A DNA stretch of 64,000 nucleotides, taken from positions 27,179,233 through 27,243,232 of the forward strand of contig OZ316892.1 in NCBI GenBank assembly GCA_973895155.1. The letters run 5' to 3'. Source of the stretch: Marsupella aquatica. Its lineage: Eukaryota > Plantae > Marchantiophyta. The notes beneath the pieces are model-generated. The model had not been told where the DNA came from and did not search any database. It worked only from the letters and a program-made list of their open reading frames with translations. Position numbers and translations under genes: made by a program. Below are positions 25,146 through 36,488 of the stretch, piece after piece (the first letter of the stretch is position 1; each line of letters begins with the position of its first letter).

Positions 25146-25826
25146 ATGGCACGGCCTAAAATTCAAGCCAAAAAGCATGTGACAGAGGTGAGAAACACAG
25201 GTGTACTTGGGGCAGATGCTACTAACTTCTCTGCAAGTCAGATTTTCCAGAAGGCAGCTCATTGTTGTGCCATTTGTGACGATGGTGGGGGCCTGGTCAT
25301 TTGTGAGGGCCCTTGCATGAGGCATTTCCACCTCAACCCGGAGTCTGACCTTGCTGCAGAAAACAACTGTCCAGGGGTGGGCCTCCCGTCAACACACCAG
25401 GGAGACTGGATGTGCACTGATTGTTTGGAGAAGCAAGCTAAGTGTGCACAGTGTGGGAAGTTGGGGTCCTATGAGGGCTCTGTTGATGCTGCAGCAAATG
25501 TTAGGAAATGTCCAGACCGTTTTTGTGTGAGATTTTTCTGTTTTGAGTGTTTGCCTGCTCATGCCACAGCTTGCCCACTTCATAGGTGCAAGGCATGTGG
25601 TGAGCATGATGATGACTACTGGACTGACATAGTCCACTGTGCTAGGTGTCCCACTATGTGGCACTATCATTGCCTGAAAGATCATCAAGCAGAGGGTTAT
25701 GCTTGTGACAGAGAAATCTATGATCACTCTGCACATGGTGTTGATCGATGGATATTTTATTGTCATCGCCATGCCATTGATCCTACCTCGCGCACTCCTG
25801 TGAGAGATCACATATCTTGGCTGTGA
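25146..25826 (+). CDS. Stand-alone EDM2-like composite PHD-finger protein (CACTA cargo)
   Basis: 226-aa intronless ORF: CAICDDGG.L.ICEGPCMRHFH...WMCTDC..K..KCAQCGKLGS...VRKC...C..FFC..C...CPLHRCKAC...CARCPT.WH..CL...IFYCHRHAIDPTSRTPVRDHI. This is collinear with the Arabidopsis EDM2 PHD region as I recall it (CAICDNGG..CEGSCLRSFH; CPLHKC; CRRCPKSYHRKCL; YCQEHEIDEELLTPVRDHV). Confidence 0.85.
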   Translation: MARPKIQAKKHVTEVRNTGVLGADATNFSASQIFQKAAHCCAICDDGGGLVICEGPCMRHFHLNPESDLAAENNCPGVGLPSTHQGDWMCTDCLEKQAKCAQCGKLGSYEGSVDAAANVRKCPDRFCVRFFCFECLPAHATACPLHRCKACGEHDDDYWTDIVHCARCPTMWHYHCLKDHQAEGYACDREIYDHSAHGVDRWIFYCHRHAIDPTSRTPVRDHISWL

Positions 25827-26364
25827 AGCTGAACATTGTACATGCACAGTGCACCTGATGTGGATGTACTATTTTTTGAGATTGCAGAGATTCCAATTTT
25901 GAAAAGGAGTTGGGTAGGCGAGTTTATATAGGCAGCACTTATCTTGTGCTCTGGCGTCAGTGGCTGGGTACATGCCTATACAAACTTATCCTTACAAGCC
26001 TTCTTGGAAGTATTTAGGCTGAGTGGTCATTTTCATTTTTATAAACACTTTCATCAGACTGCTAAATTAAAACAGGACTTCTAAGTTGTAAGCGTATAAA
26101 TTATCAAGCATGCAATTAATCAAATTGCCCTATAAGTTTGTCATTTGAATGTATCCTCCTTTACAACAAAATATGTATGTGCCATGACAAGTTGGTTGCA
26201 CTTCATTTCACCACGGATATGGATTTTGTAGTATATATTCAAACAATGTCCTGCATCCGTGCAGGTGCCTAGTACGTATTGTTCACATATCCCTTGTACC
26301 TATCAAAATCGGACCTGAGCACCAGTGGGCCAGATCAACTCAAAAAGCAGGAATTTTGAAGAGT

Positions 26365-26778
26365 ATGTTGGCTGAGGAGACGAAGCAACCAACCCCCATT
26401 CTGAAAGGGCTGAGCATGGTATTTGTGGAGGCGGGAATTGGAGAGGTTAAGTGCAAAGTGTACAAGTCCACAGTGCTTGACCTAGGTGGGACAGTGGAGG
26501 AGAATATAACAGAGGACACCACTCATGTCATTACTAAGTCATATCCCAAAGCCTGCCGCAAGTTTGGGAAGGGAGACATTCGCTTTTATGTCATGTCCCA
26601 TAATGTGTTTGTGGTTTCATATGCTTGGCTTGTGGAATCAGTAGCAGCTGGGAAGCGTCAAAACCCAATGGACTATGATCTTTTTGAGGCCTGGCCACGG
26701 AAGGGTCAGGATCCTTACAGAGAGGACTATGAGACAACAAGTGAGGAATGGGTCATTAGCGATTCTGAATCAGAGTGA
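26365..26778 (+). CDS. Stand-alone BRCT-domain protein resembling the N-terminal BRCT of plant DNA polymerase lambda (CACTA cargo)
   Basis: ILKGLSMVFV..G....KVYKSTVLDLGGTV......TTHVI...VVSYAWLVESVAAGKRQNPMDY has the BRCT hallmarks GG, THVI and WxxxS, followed by an acidic tail. The frame is open upstream to a possible acceptor at 26264. Confidence 0.8.
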   Translation: MLAEETKQPTPILKGLSMVFVEAGIGEVKCKVYKSTVLDLGGTVEENITEDTTHVITKSYPKACRKFGKGDIRFYVMSHNVFVVSYAWLVESVAAGKRQNPMDYDLFEAWPRKGQDPYREDYETTSEEWVISDSESE

Positions 26779-27211
26779 GGAGTAGTAGCATCAGTTTGGA
26801 CACAAGTTTTTTTGTATAAATCAGATCATTGAAATAAATGTGATCTTTGAACTAATGTACCTTGTTATGGTTGGTGGCAATTGGGCTTATTTTACTGTTG
26901 GCGGATTGTTGTTTCCTGCTGCCTGGGGGTGTCACTGTAAACGTACATGCAACGGCGGTACATTTGAGGACAGCGGAGGAGGTGGTGACACCCTCCAACA
27001 TTTAGGAATTTTGTGTCATTCACTTGACAATAGGTACACTACTTGCGAACCTGTTTTTTTCTTTTGGGGTGGTTTAGGGTTTGTGAGAATTTAGTACACG
27101 TTATGTTAACTCTTTTGGCAGATACAGTCAGGGATATATGGAACACAAATACCACCATTAGGCATCCTTGTTCACTGCTGTCCATGACTGCAGAGCTCCC
27201 AGCCTGTTACA

Positions 27212-30200
27212 ATGCACCCTGGTCACCACCCTCCCCAGACCCAGCCCAGGGCACAGGCACTGCCTTTGCATCATCCCACAAGGATATCACGCCATGATAA
27301 TAAGCTTTGGCAGCGTGAAAGGTTACGAACCAGACTTTCAGGAGCCAGTAGGATGAGATGTCCTTGTGCAATCTGCCAAGGATCCCGTACCAGGGGTCTG
27401 AATGAGGTTTGGCGGCATATCGCGGTTCATGGAAGAGATCCACGACATCGAGTTTGGAATGATCCTGCAGAGGAAGATTCTTCCGACGAGGAGTGGAGGT
27501 TAGAATTTGATGTTGCCAATGCTGCAAGACGGGCAAGTGAGGTTCTGCCTGGTGCATTTGAAAATGTTGTAGCTGGTCTCTATGGGTTGTCAGCTCTCCA
27601 ACGGGATGGTGCTCAGGCAGCACCACGTGACGAAGGAATTCATGTGGAAGAGATGGTGAGAGACATCTTCCAAGACTTGGATGCATTTCATGATGGGCTG
27701 GACAACGAAGAGGATACGGCTGCAGATGCAAGTGTGCCCCCTATCAAAGAGCCTCTTGATGAGTTTGAGATAGGGCAGGAAACCCCTGGGCATGATGGGA
27801 TGTTTGGCTCTCCCCTGCAAATACAGGAAGGCAGGAAGTCTTTGTACCCCGGTAGCAAATGTTCTAAACTGGGATTTGTCATCATGTTCCTGAACATTTG
27901 CGGCAACCACAATGTCCCCAACGTTTTGGTTTCTGAGTTGTTGGCATTCTTGCGAACAACTATGCTACTAGATGGTAATATTTTGCCCAAGAACATGTAC
28001 GAGGCAAAAAGATGCATATCTAATCTTGGATTGAACTATGATTCGATCCATGCCTGTCCTGATGGGCATGTTCTTTTCAGAAAGGAGTATAAAGAATCGT
28101 TGACATGCCCTAAGTGTGGGAAGCACAGGTATCGGAACTCAGGAAAGTCTATGGTTCCCGCCAAGGTACTTCGTCATTTTCCACTCATTCCCAGACTTCA
28201 GCGGATGTTCAGAAGCCGTGCCATCTCGGAGATGATGACTTGGGCAACTGACAAGAAAAGTGATGATGGCCTACAACGACATGCTGCAGATTCAAGGCAA
28301 TGGAAACTCATAGATGAGATGTATCCCGAATTTGCTGCTGAGCCGAGGAATGTCAGACTTGGGCTGTCATTGGATGGGGTAAACCCATTTGGAGACAAGA
28401 ACAACAAATTTTCGTGCTGGCATGTAACTATTTTGAATTATAACCTTCCTCCTTGGATGACTACAAAGCGATTTTTTGTTCTGATGGTCCTACTGATACC
28501 AGGGCCAGACAGTGCTGTATCTGCCAACATAGATGTGTTTTTGGCTCCCCTAGTGGAGGAATTGAGAAAGCTTTGGGAGGAAGGAGTTCTCACATATGAT
28601 GTCCTACAGAGGCTTGGGAGGTTAAACCCATTCATCCTTAGAGCCATTGTCATTCTGACTATAGCTGACTACCCAGCCCATGGGATGATATCAGGCCAAA
28701 CAACAAAAGGATATTGTGCTTGTACTATCTGTGGGCGCAATGTCACCAGTGAGTACTCCAGAGCCCTGCCAAAAGTGATATACATGGGCCATCGTCGTTT
28801 TCTGAAGGTAGATCACCCTTACAGAGAAAGACAGGCACTGATTGCACACTTTGGCAATGAGATTGAGCAACGTGGACCCCCGACACGAGTGACCAAAGAG
28901 GAGATCAGGCAGTGGGGAGCACTAAGGGATGACTATATCAAACGAGGGGGCAGGGAAGATGGAGTGAGTGATCCAATAAAGCGATATGGTGTAAAAAGAC
29001 TGAGCATATTGGACTTGGAGCTCAAGTACTGGAGGGTAAGCCTCTTGGAGTTGATGCTAATTGGGATACATGTTTTGGTTCAGAGCATGTGCATTCATTT
29101 CGAAGAGAGAGACTAAACTTGAGGCATTTCCTGACGCTTTTGCATTGCAACGATGCAGGAGTTTGAGCCAAGCAAACATAACATTGATGTTATGCACATT
29201 GAAAAGAATATTTGTGAGAGTCTACTCAGATTCTTGTGTGGAGAGAAAGACACTGGTTCAGTGAGATTGGATCTTGAACAGAGGGGAATGAAACCCCATC
29301 TTTGGTTGAGGCCACATGCCCACAGAGCTGATGTGCTCTTGAAGTACCAAGCGCCCTATGTTCTGACAGACATAGAGTGGGAACTATTTGTGCAGAGGTT
29401 GAGTTCTTTGAAGGTTCCTTCAAACTATGGCAGTGCTTTCAAGAAGCATATCATGACTAGAAAGCTTGGTAGTATGAAAAGCCATGACTACCATATGTTG
29501 ATCCAACAGGTGTTGCCTTTATGCTTGAGGGGCTTGTTGCAGAAGCCTGTTCGTACTGTGATCATGCGACTCAGTGATGTGTTTCGTCGTATTTGTGTGA
29601 AGGTTTGGGATGAAACACACTTCCCACAACTGACAAAAGATGTCGCTCAGGTGCTGTGTGACCTAGAGATTTATTTTCCTCCCGCATTTTTTGATGTCAT
29701 GACCCACCTACTTGTCCATGTTGTGGAAGAGCTACACCAATTTGGGCCTGTGAGTGCTCGTTGGTTGTACCCTTTGGAATGGTACATGAAGCTACTCAAA
29801 GGTCACGTGAGAACATATTACAAACCTGAAGCAAGCATGGCTAAAGGTTACATCAAGGATGAGACTCTGGGATTTCTGACCGAATACATAGCACAATATG
29901 AGCATGTGAAGACCAGGGTGTGGAATTCTGATGAGGAGGAAGGGGTGATAGGTGAAGTACTGGAAGGGGCTGCAACCACAAAGAACCTGACCATATCTAT
30001 GAGAGACTTGGCACATGACTTTGTATTGCACAACACTGTGGTGATGGAACCCTGGATACAGTGAGTGCATACATGTGCTATAATCCAGTTCATGAGCTTA
30101 AATGTTGTGTTCGTGTGGTTTTCTCCTTCAGCCTGTTCATGTTTACCCAAGCTAATGCTGTGTGGTTGTTCGTTCAGGGAGTATGAGTCATTGAAGGCGG

Positions 30201-30943
30201 CCCATCCCACTGCAGGAACAACTTTTCCAGGTTTCATGGAGTGGATCAGAGTGGCAATTAGAGAGCATCACGAGACCCACCCAGACATGGATGCAGATGT
30301 TTACCTACTGTCTAATGCCCCTAGCCTGAAAGTGAAGACTTACAAACGGATGAGAGCATATGGGAATCACTTCCGAGTGAAGGATGGTGACAGTGCCTAC
30401 AGGGTGATGAATGACTACGGGCTCATCACTGTATTTGAGCAACAGAGCCACAATCACGACAGGGCCTGGATGGAGATGGGATATGTGGGAGAATTAGTTG
30501 ACATATGGGCTCTGGACTATGGGGCGGTGTCCAGTCCTGTGATTCTTATGAAAGGTTCATGGGTGCGGCAGGATTGGCTTGGTAACAGGGCTACCATGAA
30601 GAGAGACAACGACGGTTTCTTGCTGGCCAATTTCAGAGGGAAATTGCCCGAATGGTCTGAGCCATTTGTGTTTCCTAGTCAGGTGGAGCAAGCTTTCTTC
30701 CTGGATGTGGAAGACTCCCCAGGTTGGCGTGTAGTGTGTCATAAACAGGCCAGGCAACGTCGGATGGAAGGATCAAACCTTGAGTTTCATTTACACTCTC
30801 ATAGTGCCTTTGATCGTCGGCGTTCAGACCAAGTGCCTGTAGTTCATGATAGCGGGGACTTCATTCCTGTGACAAGGGTAGATGCATTTGCTGAAGGAGG
30901 CGAATTCAGAGATGCAGATGCCAACAGTGTGCCTGTGCCATGA
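27212..30943 (+). CDS. CACTA transposase (TnpD/TNP2), three exons, apparently intact
   Basis: Exons 27212-29035, 29159-30060 and 30178-30943 splice in frame. RCPCAIC (Transpos_assoc), IHACPDG..CPKCG..RY, PRNVRLGLSLDGVNPFG, NYNLPPW, DYPA, HNIDVMHIEKN, MKSHDYH, FFDVMTHLLVH (DUF4218) and EPFVFPSQVEQAFF (DUF4216) are all present. Confidence 0.95.
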
Positions 30944-31099
30944 GTAATGTGAATTGTTTGTATGGACATTAGTGAGGGGAAGGATGTGTAATAAAGTAAT
31001 TCTGAAGCAACACAGATGTATGGATGGATGCCTGGTGATTGTGGTTGCATTGTGTTATACGGGGTGACCATAGATGACATGTTTTTGTGGTCCAGTAGG

Positions 31100-34000
31100 A
31101 TGGAACAGAGTGACACAGAGATGTGTGAGTATGAAAGGAAAGCTATGGAACAACGAGCATACGTGAAAGCCAAAATCGCAGAATTGGATCTGGAAAAGGA
31201 TGTGGCTGAATTGTAAGGGAACGATTCTCAACTACACCCCTCCGCTGAGTTTGTGTGACATGAATAGTTCAATGTGGCACTGAAATTGTGACTGTATTCT
31301 CATATTGGAATGTCGCAGAGCCACAGCATTTTCAAAGAAACAAAAGGAGTACGCAAGAAGGGTGACCAGCACTATCTCTGGGCCTGTGCGTCGGAGTGAC
31401 AGGTTGAGCAAGAAGGTCGTACCTACAATGGCAGAATGTGGAGATGACATTGATGCTGCACAGGTGGGTGCAGACACTAGACAAGAAGATGCAGATGATG
31501 AGTATTTTCCAGAGGAAATGGATGAGGATGGGGGTTATGAAGATGAATACATTGCAGAGCAGCCCCAAAAGAAACATGTAAGTAGTTTTCCCAACAAGGT
31601 TTTGAGTTAAAAACTCTTGTTTAGAGGTTTCATATGTTCAGTACTACACATATGTACCTTGCTTAGTTCCTGACATTGTAGTTGGTGATGTGATGCAGCG
31701 TCCTGCCAGTTCTGTTTTGCCTTCGAAGCCTGTGCATGCACCATACCAGCAGGGGGGGCTGACCTCTGATCAAGGTTGGCAAGGTGGTAGTAGTGGTAGA
31801 TCCCAGGCTGGTGCCCAATACTATGGCAGGGGGCAAGCTCTAGGTTATGCCCGTGGTAGAGGCAGAGCAGGTCCAAACCCACAATCTCGTGGGTATGGAT
31901 GTCCACCTCAACCATGGGGATGTGAGTATATATCTATATGCCAGTTCTTTGTGAAGGCATGGCACTCCTGAATTTCAGACTGCATATCAATTTTTGACAT
32001 TGTTTGGGATGTATTGGATTCAGACAACATGAAATTCTGTCCACCTGCCATTGCATGCAGATTCTGCCCAACCTGATTGGGCAAATGCTAGTAATGATCA
32101 GTTCCAATGTCCATAAGGACAGACATGGGTTGAACCAGGTTGGGAGGATGGTGGTGGGTCGTGGAATGAACAAGGTTGGGAAGGTGGTGAAGGTAATTGG
32201 CAGGGATATCAAAATTCAGTACCTACAAACGCTGGAAGAGGAGCAGGTAATGTCTGATCTTGTCAGCAATGGAAGAACTCATTATATGTGGAGTCCATTC
32301 ACGTGGGGGGGACTCTGCACATGTATAATGATAGAAAATGTATGTGTGTAGGTTGGACAGTCGAACCATCGACTCAAGTATTCACTAATGCCCCTATGCA
32401 GATGCAGCACAGAAGGGGGACAGGTATGTCGGTGAATGTTCAATTGTTTTCCTACAGTTTGTACTTAGTTTTCAGTACATATGTTTGCACACACATACCT
32501 AGAAAGTGACATCATCCGGCCCCTGTACTAGGCTGGACAGGTGGTCCAGGGTCGCAACAATTTCAGAGTGCAGTCCCTGCACAGGCATCTACAGGCAGAG
32601 CTACAGGTATGTATGTTTGAAGAATTTTTCTTGAAGTGAAGCATTGAATGTTGCCGTCATCCATTCTGCTATATGTAGTTCTCAAGCATGAATGGCATTG
32701 TATTTTCCCAGGTGGCTTCAGAACCCCAGGTAGGGTGAATGAAGGGGTGGCCAATACAACGCCCAGTACTACCGAGAGTAGTGCACGAGGGGAGGTGACA
32801 AAGAAAGGGAACGTAAAGTTGAATGAGAGACAATGGGTGGATGCTGAGTGTCCTCGCAAGAACCGATGGCATGCTGATTTGAAAGTTGAAGTATTGCGTT
32901 GGTTAGATGTGAGTGTTATTAATTTTAAAAAACAGCATCCAAAAGATTGGAAGACTGTATGTGAAAATGTTGCTGCCAAATGGAATTATGTGGGCAGTGA
33001 TGATGGCGTGGACATAGGTTGCCTAGAGAGTACAGCAGGTAAAATTATCAAGCAAGAGAGGTGGAGAATGCATAAGGCTTGGAAGGAAGGTGGGGAGAAG
33101 CCAGATATGCCTCCACCAGCCAGTTGTGATGATAAAGTGTGGGCAAGGTTAGTAGCTTATTTTGTAATAGATGCTTCAAAAAAGAAGAGTTCACAGATGA
33201 CCGAGGCCAGGTTGAGTGTTCAGAACCCTAATCTGACAGGAAGGACCGGCACTGCACCGACAGCTAAGCGTTTGGTAAGAATGAATGGCCTAGCTATGTA
33301 ATTTATGCTACACTATGTACTATTTTTTAGTGTAAACCCATACATGTAAACTTTGTTTTTTAGTGTACGTTCCCTGAATATTGATCGATAACTTGTGTTT
33401 GCCATGCATGTGCAGAAAGCCCAATTGGGGCAAAGCCCTGCAAAAGAAGAGTTGAGGGCTGAAATTGTGAACACCCGGGCTCAAGAGGGTGCATCTGAAT
33501 CCTCCAAGCATGTAAGTTATATGAGTTCTGATTGGTAATTGAATGACCTGCGTTGAATTTCAGGTGTACACTGTATATAACATTGATTGTGCATATATTG
33601 CCCAACATTTCATATGGAGTGATTGAACCTATACCCCTGTGTCATGTAGGGAGGTGGATCTTCACTTACAGAGATAAGTGGTCGTTTGAAGGCTGTCGAA
33701 ACATGTCTTCCAGAGATCAATGAACGTTTGAATTCATTGACTGACTTGTTCCATGTGAATTTCAAGACATTAATGGAAGCTGTTGTGTCGGTGAGAGATA
33801 AAATTGATTCCAATTCTGTAGGAGTTCCACCATCACCACTTGAGGTGGCAAAGTCGATGCACTCTTCTGGCATGCCAACGACATGTAGGCTTGAAGGTAA
33901 GGCCTTTACAACTGTGTGGGATATGATTATTAAATGTATAGTTTGAATTAACATTGTTTGTTGAATGTGTTATTTTCAGTAACATATATTGTGGTTGTTG

Positions 34001-34806
34001 TGTCCATAGAGAATAAGACAGGTGCTACAGAGAAGAAGTATGAGAACCTGGCAAATACTCGCTGTAATTTAGAGGCAACAAAGTTGCAGTCTATACAAGC
34101 AACTTGTTTGACAGAGGGCAGTCAACCATGTTTGGATGAGGATGACATTGGCAAGGGAGTGGATGATATCAATGTTGGGGCAAATGAGGATATCAGCAAG
34201 CATGACAATGATACCATTGAGCCAGATTCATGCTATGTAGATCTTGACTCCATTGCAGAGATAAATGATTTGCAGAATGTATCATTCTCAATGACAGGTG
34301 TGCCTCTTGTTGAGATAAATCCAACCAAAGAGTTAGTTGGTATGACACTCCCAGGTGATGAACCTGCTACTGTGACAGTCCTAACAGAGGAACCTACTGA
34401 GCCTAGCTTCACTACTGTGAAGAGAGGAAGCATGCGCACACGAGGCAAGTCTGCTGGTGGGAGCAGAGCCACGTCAAAGGTTTCATACAAACCTCCAAGA
34501 ACAGTGCTGGCAGAAAGATCTAAGGTGGAAGTGGGGAAAGCACCTAATGTTGAGGGACAAAGTGGCTTGTTAGCTGTTGATGAGAGTGGAACACGAGTAG
34601 GATTTGCCAGAGTGCAGGTTGGTTCCACAACGTTCCATGGCAAGAGGATTCCCCCAGGTTATTCAGTAGTGTTAGTCACATTACTAGTGAAACCTAAAGC
34701 TGTCCTTCCCATTCCAAACACAAATGATGATCCTCCTCAAAAGACACTTGGAGATGCTGCAGGTTCTTTGGTATTATGGCCAAGCAAGTTCATAGAGGAT
34801 CCATAA
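31100..34806 (+). CDS. TnpA/TNP1-like CACTA accessory gene of element B (multi-exon; exact splicing not fully resolved)
   Basis: Starts MEQSDTEMCEYERK, followed by many small GT-AG exons. Contains a Transposase_24-like block (KQERWRMHKAW..PP..CDDKVWARLVAYF..SSQMTEAR) and a Transposase_23-like end (FHGKRIP..LPIP..TLGDAAGSLVLWP). Confidence 0.8.
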
Positions 34807-35304
34807 CAATGTCATGCCATTATTTGTTTGTAGTGTGAGTCATGTTATGTAGATTTTAGATGTCAAGAAGCAGTACAAGAATCATGTCCTCTTGGAGATT
34901 CATAGTATCATGCATGTGCTTTCAGTTATCTCATCCTACAGTCATCAATTACGAGTTCCTGTTTTGTCTAAATTACATTGATCACATTGTAAACTATTCC
35001 ATTGGAATTCAAATGATCTTCATTTTTTAGCAAGATTGTGATTGTGTTTAATTTTTATGAATGTTTTATGTAGGATCTGCTTATATGATGCTTTGTTTCA
35101 TGTAGATGTCATTCATGCTATGTTCATTTATTGTATTCAATGTGTTATATTTCTAAAGTTAGAACATCAGGTTTCTATGTATTGTAATGTCGAGTGCTCT
35201 CTCTCCTTATGAACTGTCCCTCTGTGTTCATTAGTCATGGTTATAACTTGCATGTGAACCTTATTAGTTATAAACATGAGTATATAGAGTCCCAAATGGT
35301 TCTG

Positions 35305-35645
35305 TTGTGTGACGCGGGCCAGGGTCTCCATTGGTCTCTCCTGTGACACTAAATAGTCACACGCTAGTCGTTGTTGAATGCGGGTAAGTCATGTATGTGA
35401 CTTACGATGTGACTCGCTGAAGTCATATTGCAGTCACGTCGAAACAAGGCTAGACTCCACAATAAAGTCACAGATCAGTCACAAATGGGTATCAAGCAAG
35501 TTGCAAAGCCCAGTATCAATAGTGACTTCCATTTTTTGGTCTCAACTTTTGCAACTCCAAGGGTCACAGCGTGGGTCAAGTCACGTTGAGTCACAATGAA
35601 GTCACATGAGCCAAAATGAGTCATATATTGCGGTCTCAGTTCACC
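35305..35645. repeat. Right subterminal repeats of CACTA B (GTCAC/GTGAC motifs)
   Basis: Many AGTCAC/GTGAC motifs in both orientations leading up to ...TTCTTCTAGTG. Confidence 0.8.
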
Positions 35646-35661
35646 TCGAATTCTTCTAGTG

Positions 35662-36488
35662 AAGGATAGTGTCAGCAGTCTATGGTCAGAGAAGAGGATG
35701 TGTGGGGATTATCGGGCACTCAACCAGGTAACTCAGCAGGATAGATATCATGTCCCCACACCAGAAGAGATCTTTGATGGGCTAGGAAAGTCTCAATATT
35801 TCTCTATTTTAGATCTACGGCAAGGGTTCAACCAAATCATTGTGGTAGAGAAGGACAAAAAGAAGATTGCATTCCATGGCAGTGACAAGTTATGGGAATG
35901 GCTATACATGCCATTTGGCACAATGAATGCAGCCATCTTCTTTCAGAAGGTCATGGATATAGTAAAGGAAGGTGTAGCACACATCAAATATTACATTCAT
36001 GATGTCATAGTGCATAGCCCTTCATTTGACCAGCACATGGATGATTTGGAGGATCTGTTCGAAAGGCTCAGAAAAGCAAATCTCAAATGTCATTCCAAGA
36101 AATGTGAATTTAGGGTGAATACTGTGATCTATCTGGGACACCGAGTGATTCTAGATGGACTCATGCTAGAGGAGGCCAAGGTTCTGACTATCAACAACAC
36201 GAAGGCACCTACAGATTTCAACAAACTATGCATCTTTCTAGGTCTGTGTAATTACTACCACACACATGTTGAGAATTTTAGTACCATTGCAAGCCCTTTG
36301 AATTAGTTGTTGAAAAGGGATACCCCATGGTACTGGACTGTAGAATGGCAGACTACATTTGAAAAGATCAAAGCAGTACTGACCACACACCCAGTTCTAC
36401 ATCAGCCTCATTTCAAGATCCCTTTCATTCTTCACACTGATTGGAGTGCTATTGGTCTTGGAGCCATTATGGGACAACAAGATGATGG
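35662..36488 (+). pseudogene. G1 reverse transcriptase and start of RNase H
   Basis: EKRMCGDYRALN, LDLRQGFNQI, MPFG, degenerate YIHDV, LHTDWSAIGLGA; internal stop present. Confidence 0.85.

Larger units (their letters stand above)
24124..35661 (+). mobile_element. CACTA (En/Spm) element B, 11.5 kb, with transposase, TnpA-like gene and two cargo ORFs
   Basis: Left end CACTAGTAGAAACCGGGG; right end reverse complement CACTAGAAGAATTCGAGG (14/18 match). Subterminal GAC/GTC motifs at both ends; TnpD and TnpA genes inside. No direct 3-bp TSD (CTT vs AAG). Confidence 0.85.

Noticed and set aside
25389-34643. Antisense ORFs over CACTA B genes (e.g. 25389-25847, 27207-27731, 34233-34643)
   Set aside because: Shadow frames of real coding sequence with no recognisable motifs.
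20712-35661. A single 15-kb CACTA element from 20712 to 35661
   Set aside because: A better-matching TIR exists at 24124, the flanks TTG/AAG do not form a TSD, and two opposed TnpA genes indicate two elements.
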